NCBI GenBank assembly: GCA_963724295.1
Contig: CAVRUC010000009.1
Coordinates: 96,001 to 160,000 of the forward strand
Direction of reading: 5' to 3'
Source: an uncultured Chloroflexia bacterium
GTDB lineage: Bacteria; Chloroflexota; Chloroflexia; Thermomicrobiales; UBA6265
DNA length: 64,000 nt
Part shown: piece after piece, positions 38,931 to 48,691 of the stretch
Layout: each line of letters starts with the position of its first letter
Position numbering within the stretch: the stretch's first letter is position 1
Translations under genes and position numbers: made by a program
Notes under the pieces: generated by a model
What the model saw: only the letters and a program-made list of their open reading frames with translations
The model's database searches: none
What the model was told of the DNA's origin: nothing

Positions 38931-38958
38931 ATTGACCCATCATCACTTTCGCAGCGCC

Positions 38959-39963
38959 CTAAGCGTAGTGGATACGGGGGTCGATCGCGGCGTACGCCAC
39001 GTCGACCAGCAAGTTGATCAGGACGAACGCCACCGCTACCACCAGGACCGTGCCCTGGATCACCGGGTAGTCACGAGCGCCGATCGCGGCCACCACGTAT
39101 CTGCCCAGACCCGGGCGGCCGAAGACCGTTTCCGTGAGGAACGCCCCGGAGATGAGCGAGCCGAACTGGAGACCGATCGCGGTCACGATCGGGATCAAGG
39201 CGTTCTTCAACGCGTGCCGGATGACGACCAGCCGATCCTCCAGCCCCTTCGCGCGTGCCGTGCGCAGGTAATCCTGGCCGAGCACCTCGAGCATCGACGA
39301 GCGCGTCATGCGAGCGATGATGGCCATCGGGATCGTCGAAAGAACAAATGCCGGCAGGAGGAGATGGTGCAGACTGGAGCGGAACGCCGTCCAATTGCCG
39401 GTCAGCACGCTGTCCAGGACATAGGCATCGGTGATGCGATCGAGACGAATGCCCGTGCTGATGATGCCGCCGATAGGGAAGAGACCGAGGCGAAAGCTGA
39501 GGATGTAGATGAGCACGATCCCAGCCCAGAAGACGGGGGTGCTGATGCCGATGAGCGCTACGAACATCGTGCCGTAGTCGAGCGGCGTGGAGCGATGCGT
39601 CGCCGCAATGATGCCGGCCGGGATGCCGATGACGAGCGCGATCACGAGGGCGGCGACGCTGAGCTCGATCGTCGCGCCGAAGAACTGACGAAGCTCACCG
39701 GCGACGGGCTGGTTGGTGCGGATCGAGTCGCCGAAATTGAGCGTGAAGGCGGCCTTCAGGAAGTAGGCGTATTGGACCGGCAAGGGTTGGTTGAGACCGA
39801 GCTCCTCGCGGATGCGCGCGACCTGCTCGACGCTCCCCTTGTCGCCGGCCATGGCCGTAGCGGGGTCACCGGGGATCAACTGGATCATGATGAACACGGC
39901 GGTCATGATCCCGAGGAGCACCGGGATGGCGAGAAGCAGGCGGCGGGTGACGTATCGGGTCAT
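38959..39963 (-). CDS. Peptide/nickel ABC transporter permease (DppB/OppB type)
   Basis: YVTRRLL, PGDP, LGLNQPLPVQY, DYLRTARAKGL, HALKNAL and RDYPVIQG. Confidence 0.95.
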   Translation of the reverse strand: MTRYVTRRLLLAIPVLLGIMTAVFIMIQLIPGDPATAMAGDKGSVEQVARIREELGLNQPLPVQYAYFLKAAFTLNFGDSIRTNQPVAGELRQFFGATIELSVAALVIALVIGIPAGIIAATHRSTPLDYGTMFVALIGISTPVFWAGIVLIYILSFRLGLFPIGGIISTGIRLDRITDAYVLDSVLTGNWTAFRSSLHHLLLPAFVLSTIPMAIIARMTRSSMLEVLGQDYLRTARAKGLEDRLVVIRHALKNALIPIVTAIGLQFGSLISGAFLTETVFGRPGLGRYVVAAIGARDYPVIQGTVLVVAVAFVLINLLVDVAYAAIDPRIHYA

Positions 39964-40069
39964 CGTCGTGCCGTAAGCATAGGCGATTCAATCGCTGGAC
40001 AGGGTCGCCCCGGATGCTCATCGCTTCCGCTATACGTGCGCGCAGGAGCGGGCTTACGGCAGGCGGTCG

Positions 40070-40107
40070 CCCCTCTCCCAGCGCTGGGAGAGGGGTCGGG
40101 TGAGGGC
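40070..40107. repeat. Single REP-like unit, same family as 15481-15600
   Basis: CCCCTCTCCCAGCGCTGGGAGAGGGGTCGGGTGAGGGC, just after the SBP stop codon. Confidence 0.75.
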
Positions 40108-40111
40108 TCGT

Positions 40112-41755
40112 CTACGCCTTGCTGACACCGGCGAAGTAGTAGATGTACGTCGGCTGCAATTGGAAGTCGGTGATATTTGCTCGCGTCACCACCTGATGCA
40201 TCTGGTAGCCAAGGAACACCCACGGCGCATCATCGACGATGATCTGCTCGGCCTGCTGGTAGAGCGCCTTTCGCTCCTCCATGTCTGAGACGCGCACAGC
40301 CTCGACGAGCAGGTCGTTCACCTCGGGGTTGTCATAGAAAGACGTATTCCCCGCCCCCTTGCTCGGACCGGCCAGGAGCGTGGCGAGGAAATTGTCCGGG
40401 TCGCCGTTGTCGCCCTGCCAGCCGCCCAGCGCGCATTGGTACAAGTCAGCGCGGCGGTCGGCGCGGTACTGCGTCCACTCGGCGGTCTGGATGTCTGCCT
40501 GAACGCCGACCTCCGACCAGTACTCCTGGACAGCAGTCGCCAGGCGATCGCCGACCGGGTTGTAACCACGCGGGATGGTGTAGGCCATGAAGGTAAAGGT
40601 CAGCGGGTTGCTCTCGTCGTAGCCAGCCTCGGCCAGGAGCTCGATGGCCCGGTCAGGGTCATATGGATACGACTGCAGATCGGGATTGAACGCCCAGTCA
40701 ACCGGGGGCAGCACGCCCCCCGCCGGCACCATGTTGCCGTTGTAGAGGCCGTCGGATAGCTCCTGTTTGTTGACGGCGTAGTTCAGCGCCTGCCGGACCT
40801 CCTTCGAACCAAATGGCTCTTTGCCGACATTGAGCTCAATCATGTTGGTGTTGAGCCCGGCGTCCTCGACGACAACCAGATCGGGGTTCTCTCGCGTCTT
40901 TTCGACGTCCTCGGGGATGAGCGCCCAGGCGATATCGATCTCGCCTGCCTCGAGGGACTGGAGGCGGGTAGAGCTTTCCGGAATAACCCGCACGATGAAT
41001 TGCTCGACCTTAGGCGCACCGCCCCAATAATCCGGATTGGCCTGGAGCACCATCTGGCTGTCGCGCGTCCAGTCGTCCGGGCTGGCCAACCGAAAGGCGC
41101 CGGTCCCGGACGGGTTGGTGATCAGGTAGTCGAGCCCCTGGGCAATCGCGGCCGGGCTTGGAATACCGGCAATCGGGATAGCCAGGTTGGCCAGCAGCGG
41201 CGCGTATGGCTCCGGGAGGGTCATACGGACCGTAAACTCGTCGACCGCCTCAACGGTGTCGATCCAGGTCGTGATGAAGTCCGCGATGTAGACCATGCGG
41301 GTCGCGTCGTATTGAGAGTCAGGTGACTCTTCATCGATCGAGTTGTACCAGGTGACGACGGCGTCGGCGTTGAACGGCTCGCCGTCGTGGAAACTCACCC
41401 CCTGGCGCAGGTTGAAGGTGTAGACGAGTCCGTCCTCGGAAATCTCCCACGATTCGGCGAGTCCGGGGCGGATCGTCGTTGCGCCGAGATCGTAGAGCAC
41501 CAGGCAGTCATAGACGTTCGAGGCGACGATATAGCCTTCCTGGGTATCCGTTGTGCGCGGGTCGAGCTCGTCGACGTCGGTGCCGACGCCGAAGATGATC
41601 GCGTTCGCCGCGTCCTGGCGAGCGAGCGCGCTTCGCAGTGGCATCGCGCCACCGCCGGTGAGATCGCCCAGGGCGGCGGCGCCGGCGGCCGCGCCGGTCA
41701 TCTTCAAGAGATCGCGGCGACCAAGGCGACCGCGGAGCGGATCGATGCGGGACAT
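40112..41755 (-). CDS. Peptide ABC transporter substrate-binding protein (family 5, DppA-like), Tat signal
   Basis: GRRDLLK Tat leader; PGLAESWEISEDGLVYTFNLRQGVSFHDG, GTGAF and VRQALNYA. Confidence 0.93.
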   Translation of the reverse strand: MSRIDPLRGRLGRRDLLKMTGAAAGAAALGDLTGGGAMPLRSALARQDAANAIIFGVGTDVDELDPRTTDTQEGYIVASNVYDCLVLYDLGATTIRPGLAESWEISEDGLVYTFNLRQGVSFHDGEPFNADAVVTWYNSIDEESPDSQYDATRMVYIADFITTWIDTVEAVDEFTVRMTLPEPYAPLLANLAIPIAGIPSPAAIAQGLDYLITNPSGTGAFRLASPDDWTRDSQMVLQANPDYWGGAPKVEQFIVRVIPESSTRLQSLEAGEIDIAWALIPEDVEKTRENPDLVVVEDAGLNTNMIELNVGKEPFGSKEVRQALNYAVNKQELSDGLYNGNMVPAGGVLPPVDWAFNPDLQSYPYDPDRAIELLAEAGYDESNPLTFTFMAYTIPRGYNPVGDRLATAVQEYWSEVGVQADIQTAEWTQYRADRRADLYQCALGGWQGDNGDPDNFLATLLAGPSKGAGNTSFYDNPEVNDLLVEAVRVSDMEERKALYQQAEQIIVDDAPWVFLGYQMHQVVTRANITDFQLQPTYIYYFAGVSKA

Positions 41756-42002
41756 CAGGGCATCCTCCTCATGACGGCTTCGTCATCGTTCGGTTGACCG
41801 CGCGCCGCGGTCGTGATTCTTGAGTGCGGTTAGGGTGCGCCCGCAGCGCGCAGATGTCAAGGAACGAGCGTCGCCTGGTCTCGTTGTTCAGCCGGGCTTT
41901 AATTGCGTAGACCGTGGATCCTCCAGTGGGAACGTTCGTGAAGATCTCAGCTCGGCTCGCCCTTGCGATCATCATGTGAACCACGCTGGCGAAGGAGTCC
42001 CC

Positions 42003-42500
42003 ATGGTGACGATCCGTCCAATCCAGCCGGATGATGAGCCGTTTCTGTGGGACATGGCCTGGGAGGCGATGGCCGCGGACGCCGGGATGCGGTGCGTTAG
42101 GGCGGGAAGCCGCCTTCGCGATGCCGCACGTGCGTCGATATCTCGACGGCTGGGGACGGGTAGGCGACGCGGCAGTCGATCGCCGTTGTCGAGGATGGGC
42201 AGCGCCTCGGGGCAGCCTGGTACCGCCTTTTCCCAGCCGAGGACCCGGGCTGGGGCTTCGTAGCGCCGGACGTTCCAGTGATCGGTATCGGCGTCGCAAT
42301 CACAGCGCGCGGCAAGGGCGTTGGGAGCGCGTTGCTGGATGCCCTCCTGACGCTGGCGCGGGAGCAGGGGTACCGAGCCGTCAGCCTGTCTGTAGATCGC
42401 CAGAACCCCGCCCAACGACTGTATCAGCGAAAAGGCTTCCGTGACGCCGGCGTCTCCGATCCAACCGACACGTCGCTGACCATGATTGCCTACCTTGTAA
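42003..42500 (+). CDS. GNAT N-acetyltransferase, frameshifted (near 42091, 42177, possibly 42493)
   Basis: Reconstructed MVTIRPIQPDDEPFLWDM...RRYLDGWGR.GD...GAAWYRLF...ARGKGVGSALL...SLSVDRQNPAQRLYQRKGF. Confidence 0.78.
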
Positions 42501-42624
42501 AACGCAAGCCCCAGATCGTGCGGCTCGTTGGGTTGACACTGTTGGCCCCGCGGCTGGTTACCAGCGGCGACGATGGCAAAGAAATCGCCGTTTGTTCGAC
42601 CGAACGATTCATGAGCGGCGAGAT

Positions 42625-42840
42625 CTACGGCGGACACCCCTCGGCGATCCACGAGCGAAGGACCTGGAGCTTGTCCTCGCCCCAGCTCCCGTCGCATGGC
42701 ATGGTGCCGTCCTCGAGTCGCTCCAGGATCAGATCGGCGTTGGCTTTGACGTCGTCATAGGACCAGAGATCGAAGGCAAAGTCCATCGAGGACCGGTCCT
42801 CTTCACGAAACAGCGGTTTGACGTCCGTGGCAAAGCTCAT
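42625..42840 (-). CDS. Small hypothetical protein (71 aa)
   Basis: GGGAGG RBS; protein-like SF..DVKPLFR..D...M...FDLWSY.DV...MPCD..W...W motif pattern. Confidence 0.7.
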   Translation of the reverse strand: MSFATDVKPLFREEDRSSMDFAFDLWSYDDVKANADLILERLEDGTMPCDGSWGEDKLQVLRSWIAEGCPP

Positions 42841-43058
42841 TGCGCCTCCCGATCCGGGCGTGTCGTGATGAGCTGGAGTGTATCAAGGTTGTCTGGCGGC
42901 AACGGGTGCACCAGATGGTTCCCGGAATCGGTTTCATTATCAGGTAGATGTGTTGAGATTTCGCTGGAATGGGGCGGTCAGGATCTCGATCGCCACGTCA
43001 ATTGACGTCGCAACTGAGCGCCAATCGTTCTCGACACATTGTTGGCTACGCCTACTCG

Positions 43059-43559
43059 CTACACCTGCTCCCCTACCAGCCGGAGCACCTGCGTCACTAC
43101 TTCATCGAGGGAACCACTGGTGTCAACCACGTACCCGGCGCCTCTTCTCAGCATCGGTTCGATGGACTGGATGAAATCGAGGACGCGAGCGACCTCCTCC
43201 GGGCGTTTCCCATACGGATTGTTGGTCCTGGTAGCCAACCGCTCGACGATCACATGAGCGGGCGCGGTGAGCAGAATGATATGGTCAAACTGCGGGTAGA
43301 ACTTCCCCTGGTTCGGAGCGCAGCCGCCGAGGAAGAGCATGTCGGCGTTAGCTTTTGACAGGAGGTCTTGAATGCGGTCTTCCCGCCATACCCAGTCCAG
43401 CCCGGGATCGAGGCCGGTCGGCTCATCGACGGGAACGCTCACCAATTCGGACAACCCGTCGTAGTCGGTATCGACGGCTAGATAGCCGCGTTCGGCCAGT
43501 CTCTCTATGACTGTCGACTTCCCGACCCCGGACATGCCAGTGAGAAGTACGCGTTTCAC
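43059..43559 (-). CDS. P-loop nucleoside/nucleotide kinase-like (AAA_18-type) protein
   Basis: VLLTGMSGVGKST, VDTD, NQGKFY..FD and ERLATRTNNPYGK. Confidence 0.82.
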   Translation of the reverse strand: MKRVLLTGMSGVGKSTVIERLAERGYLAVDTDYDGLSELVSVPVDEPTGLDPGLDWVWREDRIQDLLSKANADMLFLGGCAPNQGKFYPQFDHIILLTAPAHVIVERLATRTNNPYGKRPEEVARVLDFIQSIEPMLRRGAGYVVDTSGSLDEVVTQVLRLVGEQV

Positions 43560-43735
43560 ATCAACACCATCACGTGCACCCGAGTCCAGAGGCAACCGTT
43601 CACCGCGGGTTCTTTGCGGCAGGAGCCATTGTCGTTGGCGCTCAAATTCCATGGAGACGTTTCCTGGCACACGATTTGCGGGCCAGCCCCGTGGAAGAGG
43701 TTGAATCGTTCAGCCTCGAGAGGAAGGAGCGATCA

Positions 43736-44071
43736 ATGGTCGTTGTTCGTGGAGATGGAAGTGAGTGCCACGGCCGGTTGCGGCGGGGGCTAACGCGGGT
43801 GACCGGCCTGACACTAGGCATCGCCATGTTGGGCACGATTGGACTCTCCGGCACGCTGGCCCAGTCCGATGACGTCGCCGCCGGTACTGATGCCGAGTCC
43901 ATCGTCAACAGCATCATCGAGCAAGTCTTCGCCGAGATCTTTGGCGGCGTCGTAGTCGACGACACCGCTGACTCCGGTGGCGACCTCAACATCGGTGGCA
44001 GCTCCGGCAGCACTGTCACCATGGGCGGCGGTAGTGGCGGCATCACCGTCGGTGACAATACCGGAGGCTGA
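43736..44071 (+). CDS. Small secreted hypothetical protein with acidic Gly-rich tail
   Basis: AAGGAG RBS; signal-like segment ending TLA-Q. Confidence 0.55.
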   Translation: MVVVRGDGSECHGRLRRGLTRVTGLTLGIAMLGTIGLSGTLAQSDDVAAGTDAESIVNSIIEQVFAEIFGGVVVDDTADSGGDLNIGGSSGSTVTMGGGSGGITVGDNTGG

Positions 44072-44166
44072 TCCGGAATCCCGCTGAGCCTCTCTCTATC
44101 GTCTGAGCTACTCCTGGCCCGCTTTCCAGTTCGATGGAAGGCGGGCCAGGAGCGAATAAAAGAGGG

Positions 44167-46155
44167 TCAGGCGCTCGTGGGATCGGTTGGGTCGGTTCCG
44201 TTGGCGACTTCGTCGCCATCTCCCACGCCGTCTGCGTCGGTGTCGGTGAGCAGGGGATCCGTGCCGGTCGCTGATCCCGGCTCGAAGCCGACCTCGGCAA
44301 AGTCACTGAGGCCATCTCCGTCGCTATCAGCGAGCTCGGGATTGGTACCAAGCTCCGCTTCCTGCGCGTCGGTGAGCAAATCTCCATCGGTGTCGATCGT
44401 TGGCTCTCCAGGTGGCACGCTGGCGGGGTCGTTCGGATCGGTGCCGTTGGCCACCTCCGCGTTGTCGCCGAAGCCGTCCCCATCGCTGTCGTAGAGCAAG
44501 GGGTCCGTCCCCGCGGTAACCTCGGCGCCGTCGAGCAACCCGTCTGCGTCGCTATCGGGATTGACCGGGTCGGTGCCGAGCTCAGCTTCCTGGCCGTCGC
44601 TCAGACCGTCCTGATCCGAATCGACGTCGACTGCCGGAGCAGCCGGAGTGTAGATCACGTTCAGGATCGCTTCGGGATTAGTTTCGTCGACGACGAATGT
44701 CCAGCCGTTCCCGGAACCGCCAAGGCTTCCCCGCACGTCGGACAGCTCGTAGCCCTCAGGCGCCGCGATCCCTCCTGGCTGCAGGAAGTACGTGCCGAAG
44801 GGAAGTCCACCTTCTTCTCCCCAAACCCAGTTCGCCCCATGAATGCGCACCGGAATCGCACTCGATGCGTCTGTCGTGAGCACGACCGGTCCGTCGATGA
44901 CGACTCCAGTGGCGTCACCCAGCTCACATTCGGCGGCCGGATCGCCCGGGGCGCCCGGGCAGAGATAGACAGAGACCGCGACCGTGCCCTCGTTCTCACC
45001 GCGGAGATCCTCGGGGATCACATACCAGCGGCAGGTGACGGCATCGCCATCGTCGAGCGTAAGTGTGGCGCCAGGAATGTCCGTCTGTGGTGCCGAGGAT
45101 GGCACCGACCCGGCGTCGGCCGTGCACTGCACGACCTGGGTCGCAAACTCTCCCGGCACCCCACCGGTCAGGGTGTAGGTGTCGGGGGCAAGATCGACAA
45201 AGGTGACCGTGCCATCCGCCCCGGTCGTGGCCTGGCCCGAGGAGCCCGTCGCGGCGCTCAGGTCGAAGGCAATATCCGCCAGCGGCTCGACGCAGTCCGC
45301 GGCGTAGTCTGTCTCCTCATAGGCGCCGGGGCAGGCAAGCGCCTGCACGAAGAGCGACGCCGGCGTAGCAGTCGGGGTCGGCGTGGCCGCCTCCTGGGGC
45401 AGCTCCAGCAGAACCTCCGGGCCGATGACAGCGGTCACGATCGTGGCTGCGCCATCGACGGCGCTGACGGCCACATCGCCACCGAGACCCGCACCCTGAC
45501 CCGCGGTCAGCCGTACCGGCTCCGCCTCGGGGTTGTCGGCCGGTACCAAGTCCACCGCGCCGAAGGTGACGAGCAGGAGCGTTGGGGCCGCATACGACTC
45601 CAGCTCCAGAACGACAGACGCGTCCCCGTCGAGAACCTCGCGCACCAGATCGAGGTCACGCGTGCCGCCGGGAGAGGCGAAGGGCTCCCCGATGAAGGCC
45701 AGCTGATCGTCGCCCGCGTCGCCGACGTCGCCGGCGGCGACCAGGTCGATGCGGTAGGAGGAAACGGGGGCGTCGCCGAGCGGAGCTTCCTGATACGTCG
45801 CCGGCGCGGACAGGAACGTCGCCTCGCCGGCCGCCAGCCGGGTCGGTCTTGTGGCGTCGACATCGTTCACCAGGAGCGTGCCCTGGTCCACCAGAATGAA
45901 CCCGGGGACGTCACGGTCTGTCCGATCAGACGCCGCCGCGGTGGATGCCAATCTGACGCGCCAGCCGACATCGCCAACGGGCAGCGCGGTCACGCCTTGG
46001 GCGATGACTGATGCCTGCCCGCGCGCCGGCGACGGCACGTCCTCACTCTGGCCGAAGGCGACGCCGATCCCGACCGCGCTACCGACGATCAGCGTGAGCA
46101 AACCGACCCATAACGCGACCAGGCGACGCGCGGGTATGTACAACTTGCGATGCAA
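44167..46155 (-). CDS. Large secreted protein with cupin-like and Ig-like domains and six C-terminal DxDxDG Ca-binding (TSP3-like) repeats
   Basis: Signal peptide; ILVDQGTL...LAAGEA; TTGADGTVTFVDLAPDTY; repeats D(S/T)DxD(G/L)xxDxxE...GT(D/N)P. Confidence 0.75.
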   Translation of the reverse strand: MHRKLYIPARRLVALWVGLLTLIVGSAVGIGVAFGQSEDVPSPARGQASVIAQGVTALPVGDVGWRVRLASTAAASDRTDRDVPGFILVDQGTLLVNDVDATRPTRLAAGEATFLSAPATYQEAPLGDAPVSSYRIDLVAAGDVGDAGDDQLAFIGEPFASPGGTRDLDLVREVLDGDASVVLELESYAAPTLLLVTFGAVDLVPADNPEAEPVRLTAGQGAGLGGDVAVSAVDGAATIVTAVIGPEVLLELPQEAATPTPTATPASLFVQALACPGAYEETDYAADCVEPLADIAFDLSAATGSSGQATTGADGTVTFVDLAPDTYTLTGGVPGEFATQVVQCTADAGSVPSSAPQTDIPGATLTLDDGDAVTCRWYVIPEDLRGENEGTVAVSVYLCPGAPGDPAAECELGDATGVVIDGPVVLTTDASSAIPVRIHGANWVWGEEGGLPFGTYFLQPGGIAAPEGYELSDVRGSLGGSGNGWTFVVDETNPEAILNVIYTPAAPAVDVDSDQDGLSDGQEAELGTDPVNPDSDADGLLDGAEVTAGTDPLLYDSDGDGFGDNAEVANGTDPNDPASVPPGEPTIDTDGDLLTDAQEAELGTNPELADSDGDGLSDFAEVGFEPGSATGTDPLLTDTDADGVGDGDEVANGTDPTDPTSA

Positions 46156-46277
46156 GGAATGCCTCCTCCCAGGACGATCCGATTTCTGGCGCTACAACGA
46201 ACGGATCACGGAGGATGGTTTCTCACTCGTACCTGAGCTGCTTCGCCGGTGGGCTCAGTATCGCGTCATAGCGAACC

Positions 46278-46308
46278 TGTCATTCCGAGCCCGCAGGCGA
46301 GGAATCTC
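46278..46308. repeat. REP-like unit TGTCATT(C/T)CGAG...CGAGGAATCT
   Basis: TGTCATTCCGAGCCCGCAGGCGAGGAATCTC; related to 59823-59911. Confidence 0.65.
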
Positions 46309-46317
46309 GTCTCAGCC

Positions 46318-47454
46318 TCAGACGTCGAGATTGTGACCATCACGCCCCTTCACGCTCTGGAACGACTCGAGCCGGTCGGCGAGATCGATCTCCTCCATGC
46401 TGTAGGCCATGGATGGCGCCAGCCGGCGCACGAGCGGATCCCACTCCGAGCGGAGCGTGACATAGCGTTCGGCCCCAAGCCGCGTATCCGGCACCGTCCG
46501 AATCCCCGCCTGTTGCAGCCGCGAGATAGCGCGGTGATAGCGATCGCGCCAGCGATCGAGTGTTTGCGAGTCGGACGCGGTACGTCCTTCAGGGGTTGTC
46601 GCCGGCAGAAAGGTGTCTGTGAGGATCGTCACCAGCGTGAGAGAGGATCTCTGAAGTTGAGTCACTGCCGCTGAATTGGGGAGCCAGCCGTAGCACTCCT
46701 CGTCGAGGGCGCTTTCAATCAGCGAGACGGTGTCGAGCGCCACAAGCGTGAAGTGGGACACGGCGTAGGCGGGATTCCGGAAGCGAAAATAGAACAGCGC
46801 CGGGTAGAAATGATGCGCCTCCTTCACCGCGGTCATCGACCCGGCAATGGTGCCCAGGATAGAGTAGCCGCCCTCGAACTTACCCTGCGGTCCCAAGCGA
46901 GCCAGGAGCTCTGCCGCATCTCCCGTGGCGTCGGAGGCATGATCGATCTGCAACCCGAGCGTGTTGCGTCGTTGCAGAGCGGTGTAGACCTGCGCCAGAA
47001 ACGTCAGCGTTAGCGAGATCGCCGCCAGGCCGACAAGCGACGTGAACAGGTAGAAGAGGCGGAACGATCCGGTCCGCGGTGTGAAGTCGCTGGCGCCGAC
47101 GATGGTCATGCTGCTGCCACCGGCGTACAACGCGGCAACAAAATCCCGCGGGGTCGTGCCGCTGCTCGTGGTGACATCCGTCCCGAGCGCGGGGTGGATG
47201 ATCAGCGCTGTCCCCAGCGTCAGGCCAAACGCCCAAACCACGAGAATCACCACCAGGATCACCGGCCCGCAGGCTGAGAGCACAGCGATGCGGTACCGGC
47301 CCGTCACCGGAGCCAACGTACGAAAGGCACGCCAGGTCAGGTGCGAGACGCGGCCGCTGAAGAGAGTCGCACCAATGCGCGCATACAGCACCGTAAGAAA
47401 GATATCCACGAGGACGACGGCCAGCACGGCAGCACCAACGACTGACTCGATCAC
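46318..47454 (-). CDS. Potassium channel family (Ion_trans_2) protein with an atypical filter
   Basis: TM helices around pore helix FVAALYAGGSSMTIVGASDFTP; C-terminal EAHHFYP.L.YFR. Confidence 0.75.
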   Translation of the reverse strand: MIESVVGAAVLAVVLVDIFLTVLYARIGATLFSGRVSHLTWRAFRTLAPVTGRYRIAVLSACGPVILVVILVVWAFGLTLGTALIIHPALGTDVTTSSGTTPRDFVAALYAGGSSMTIVGASDFTPRTGSFRLFYLFTSLVGLAAISLTLTFLAQVYTALQRRNTLGLQIDHASDATGDAAELLARLGPQGKFEGGYSILGTIAGSMTAVKEAHHFYPALFYFRFRNPAYAVSHFTLVALDTVSLIESALDEECYGWLPNSAAVTQLQRSSLTLVTILTDTFLPATTPEGRTASDSQTLDRWRDRYHRAISRLQQAGIRTVPDTRLGAERYVTLRSEWDPLVRRLAPSMAYSMEEIDLADRLESFQSVKGRDGHNLDV

Positions 47455-47499
47455 GTGCAGCCCCTACAGAGCTACGCGCTGAACCGGGAAACCGGCACG

Positions 47500-48627
47500 T
47501 TACCGCAACAACACCGGCAGGTTGCCGATGTGGATGCGGAAGAGGGCGTACGGTTTCTGCCGCAGATCCTGGCCCTGGTGATAGCGCGGTTGGCGGTGGA
47601 GTTGATTGGCGGTGACGTAGAGGTAGCCGTTCGTGGCGACCGACATCGTGTCTGGCCAGAGTAATCGGGGATCGTGGGCGATCGTCTCCCAGAGCCCGTC
47701 CCGGCCGCGACGGAGAATGGCGTTGTGCTCGTAGTTCGTGGAGTAGATGAAGCCGTCCGCATCTGATTCGAGGCCATCCGAGGCGCCACCGCGATCTCCC
47801 TCGTCGACTACCGAGGCGACGACCGCGGCCTCGTCATGAGAGCGGTCGACAAGCATGTCGACGGCGACACTGTAGAGCCGGCGACTTCCCAGCGGGCAGT
47901 AGAAGAGGCGTTCGCCATCGGCGCTAATAGCGATGCCGTCCGAGCCCATTGCCGGTCCGATCTGTGCCGAACCATCTGCATGACGCTGCAGGAATGGCTG
48001 TCCTTCCACCAATGGCAAGAAGGTCTGAAGCGTCTCAGGCTTGGTCGAGGGATGGTCATGCAGGCGGCGCCAGCTCTCGCCTGAGCCGAGATCGACCACG
48101 ATGATGCCGTTAGGGCCGTCTTGCGACGAGTCGGTGACGAAGGCCATGCCCGCGGATCCCCGCCGCAAGTCGAAGCGGACGTCGTTGACATAGCTCGTCG
48201 GCAGAGCTACGTCCCGCGGGAAAAGAACAGTCTGCACGACGCGATCCGTCTCCAGGTCGACGCAGACGAGCTTCGGTCCTCCTAGCTCCGTCGACTGGAA
48301 CATGATGCTGCCGGTGTCGAGGATCCAGAGCCGGTCGGCGGGATCGACGACGACACTCTGCACCGAGACCAGCGTCGAGGCCTGATCCTGCATGTTGGTC
48401 TGGTTGATGTCTTGACTCGGATAGGCGACGGTCTGCCCATCTCGCACTTCGGCGACGGTGTACGCAACCTCGTCACCCCACTTGGGAAAGTTGACGAAGA
48501 TCCGACCCGTATGCGAGACGGTGACTCCAGTCAGCATGGGGCCATCAAAGGTGGCGACGAGTTCGAGATCGCCAACAGACTTCTCCGTGGAGAGGTCCTG
48601 CCGGACAGGCATCGTAGTCGTGGACAT
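47500..48627 (-). CDS. Major royal jelly / L-dopachrome tautomerase-related beta-propeller protein
   Basis: TGVTVS..GRIFVNFPKW, SVQSVVVD..DRLWILDTG, NDVRFD, GSDGIAIS and WPDT. Confidence 0.88.
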   Translation of the reverse strand: MSTTTMPVRQDLSTEKSVGDLELVATFDGPMLTGVTVSHTGRIFVNFPKWGDEVAYTVAEVRDGQTVAYPSQDINQTNMQDQASTLVSVQSVVVDPADRLWILDTGSIMFQSTELGGPKLVCVDLETDRVVQTVLFPRDVALPTSYVNDVRFDLRRGSAGMAFVTDSSQDGPNGIIVVDLGSGESWRRLHDHPSTKPETLQTFLPLVEGQPFLQRHADGSAQIGPAMGSDGIAISADGERLFYCPLGSRRLYSVAVDMLVDRSHDEAAVVASVVDEGDRGGASDGLESDADGFIYSTNYEHNAILRRGRDGLWETIAHDPRLLWPDTMSVATNGYLYVTANQLHRQPRYHQGQDLRQKPYALFRIHIGNLPVLLR

Positions 48628-48691
48628 GGAGTGAACTCCTCGGAGAGTGAAGCGCTCGGACATCAAACCCGAGCGCTTCGCAGGGCTTCAA

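Noticed and set aside
46200..46270. Glycine-riboswitch-like words (CGAAG...CTCAGGT) upstream of the secreted protein
   Set aside because: Only fragments of the consensus, no convincing stems, and an unrelated downstream gene.
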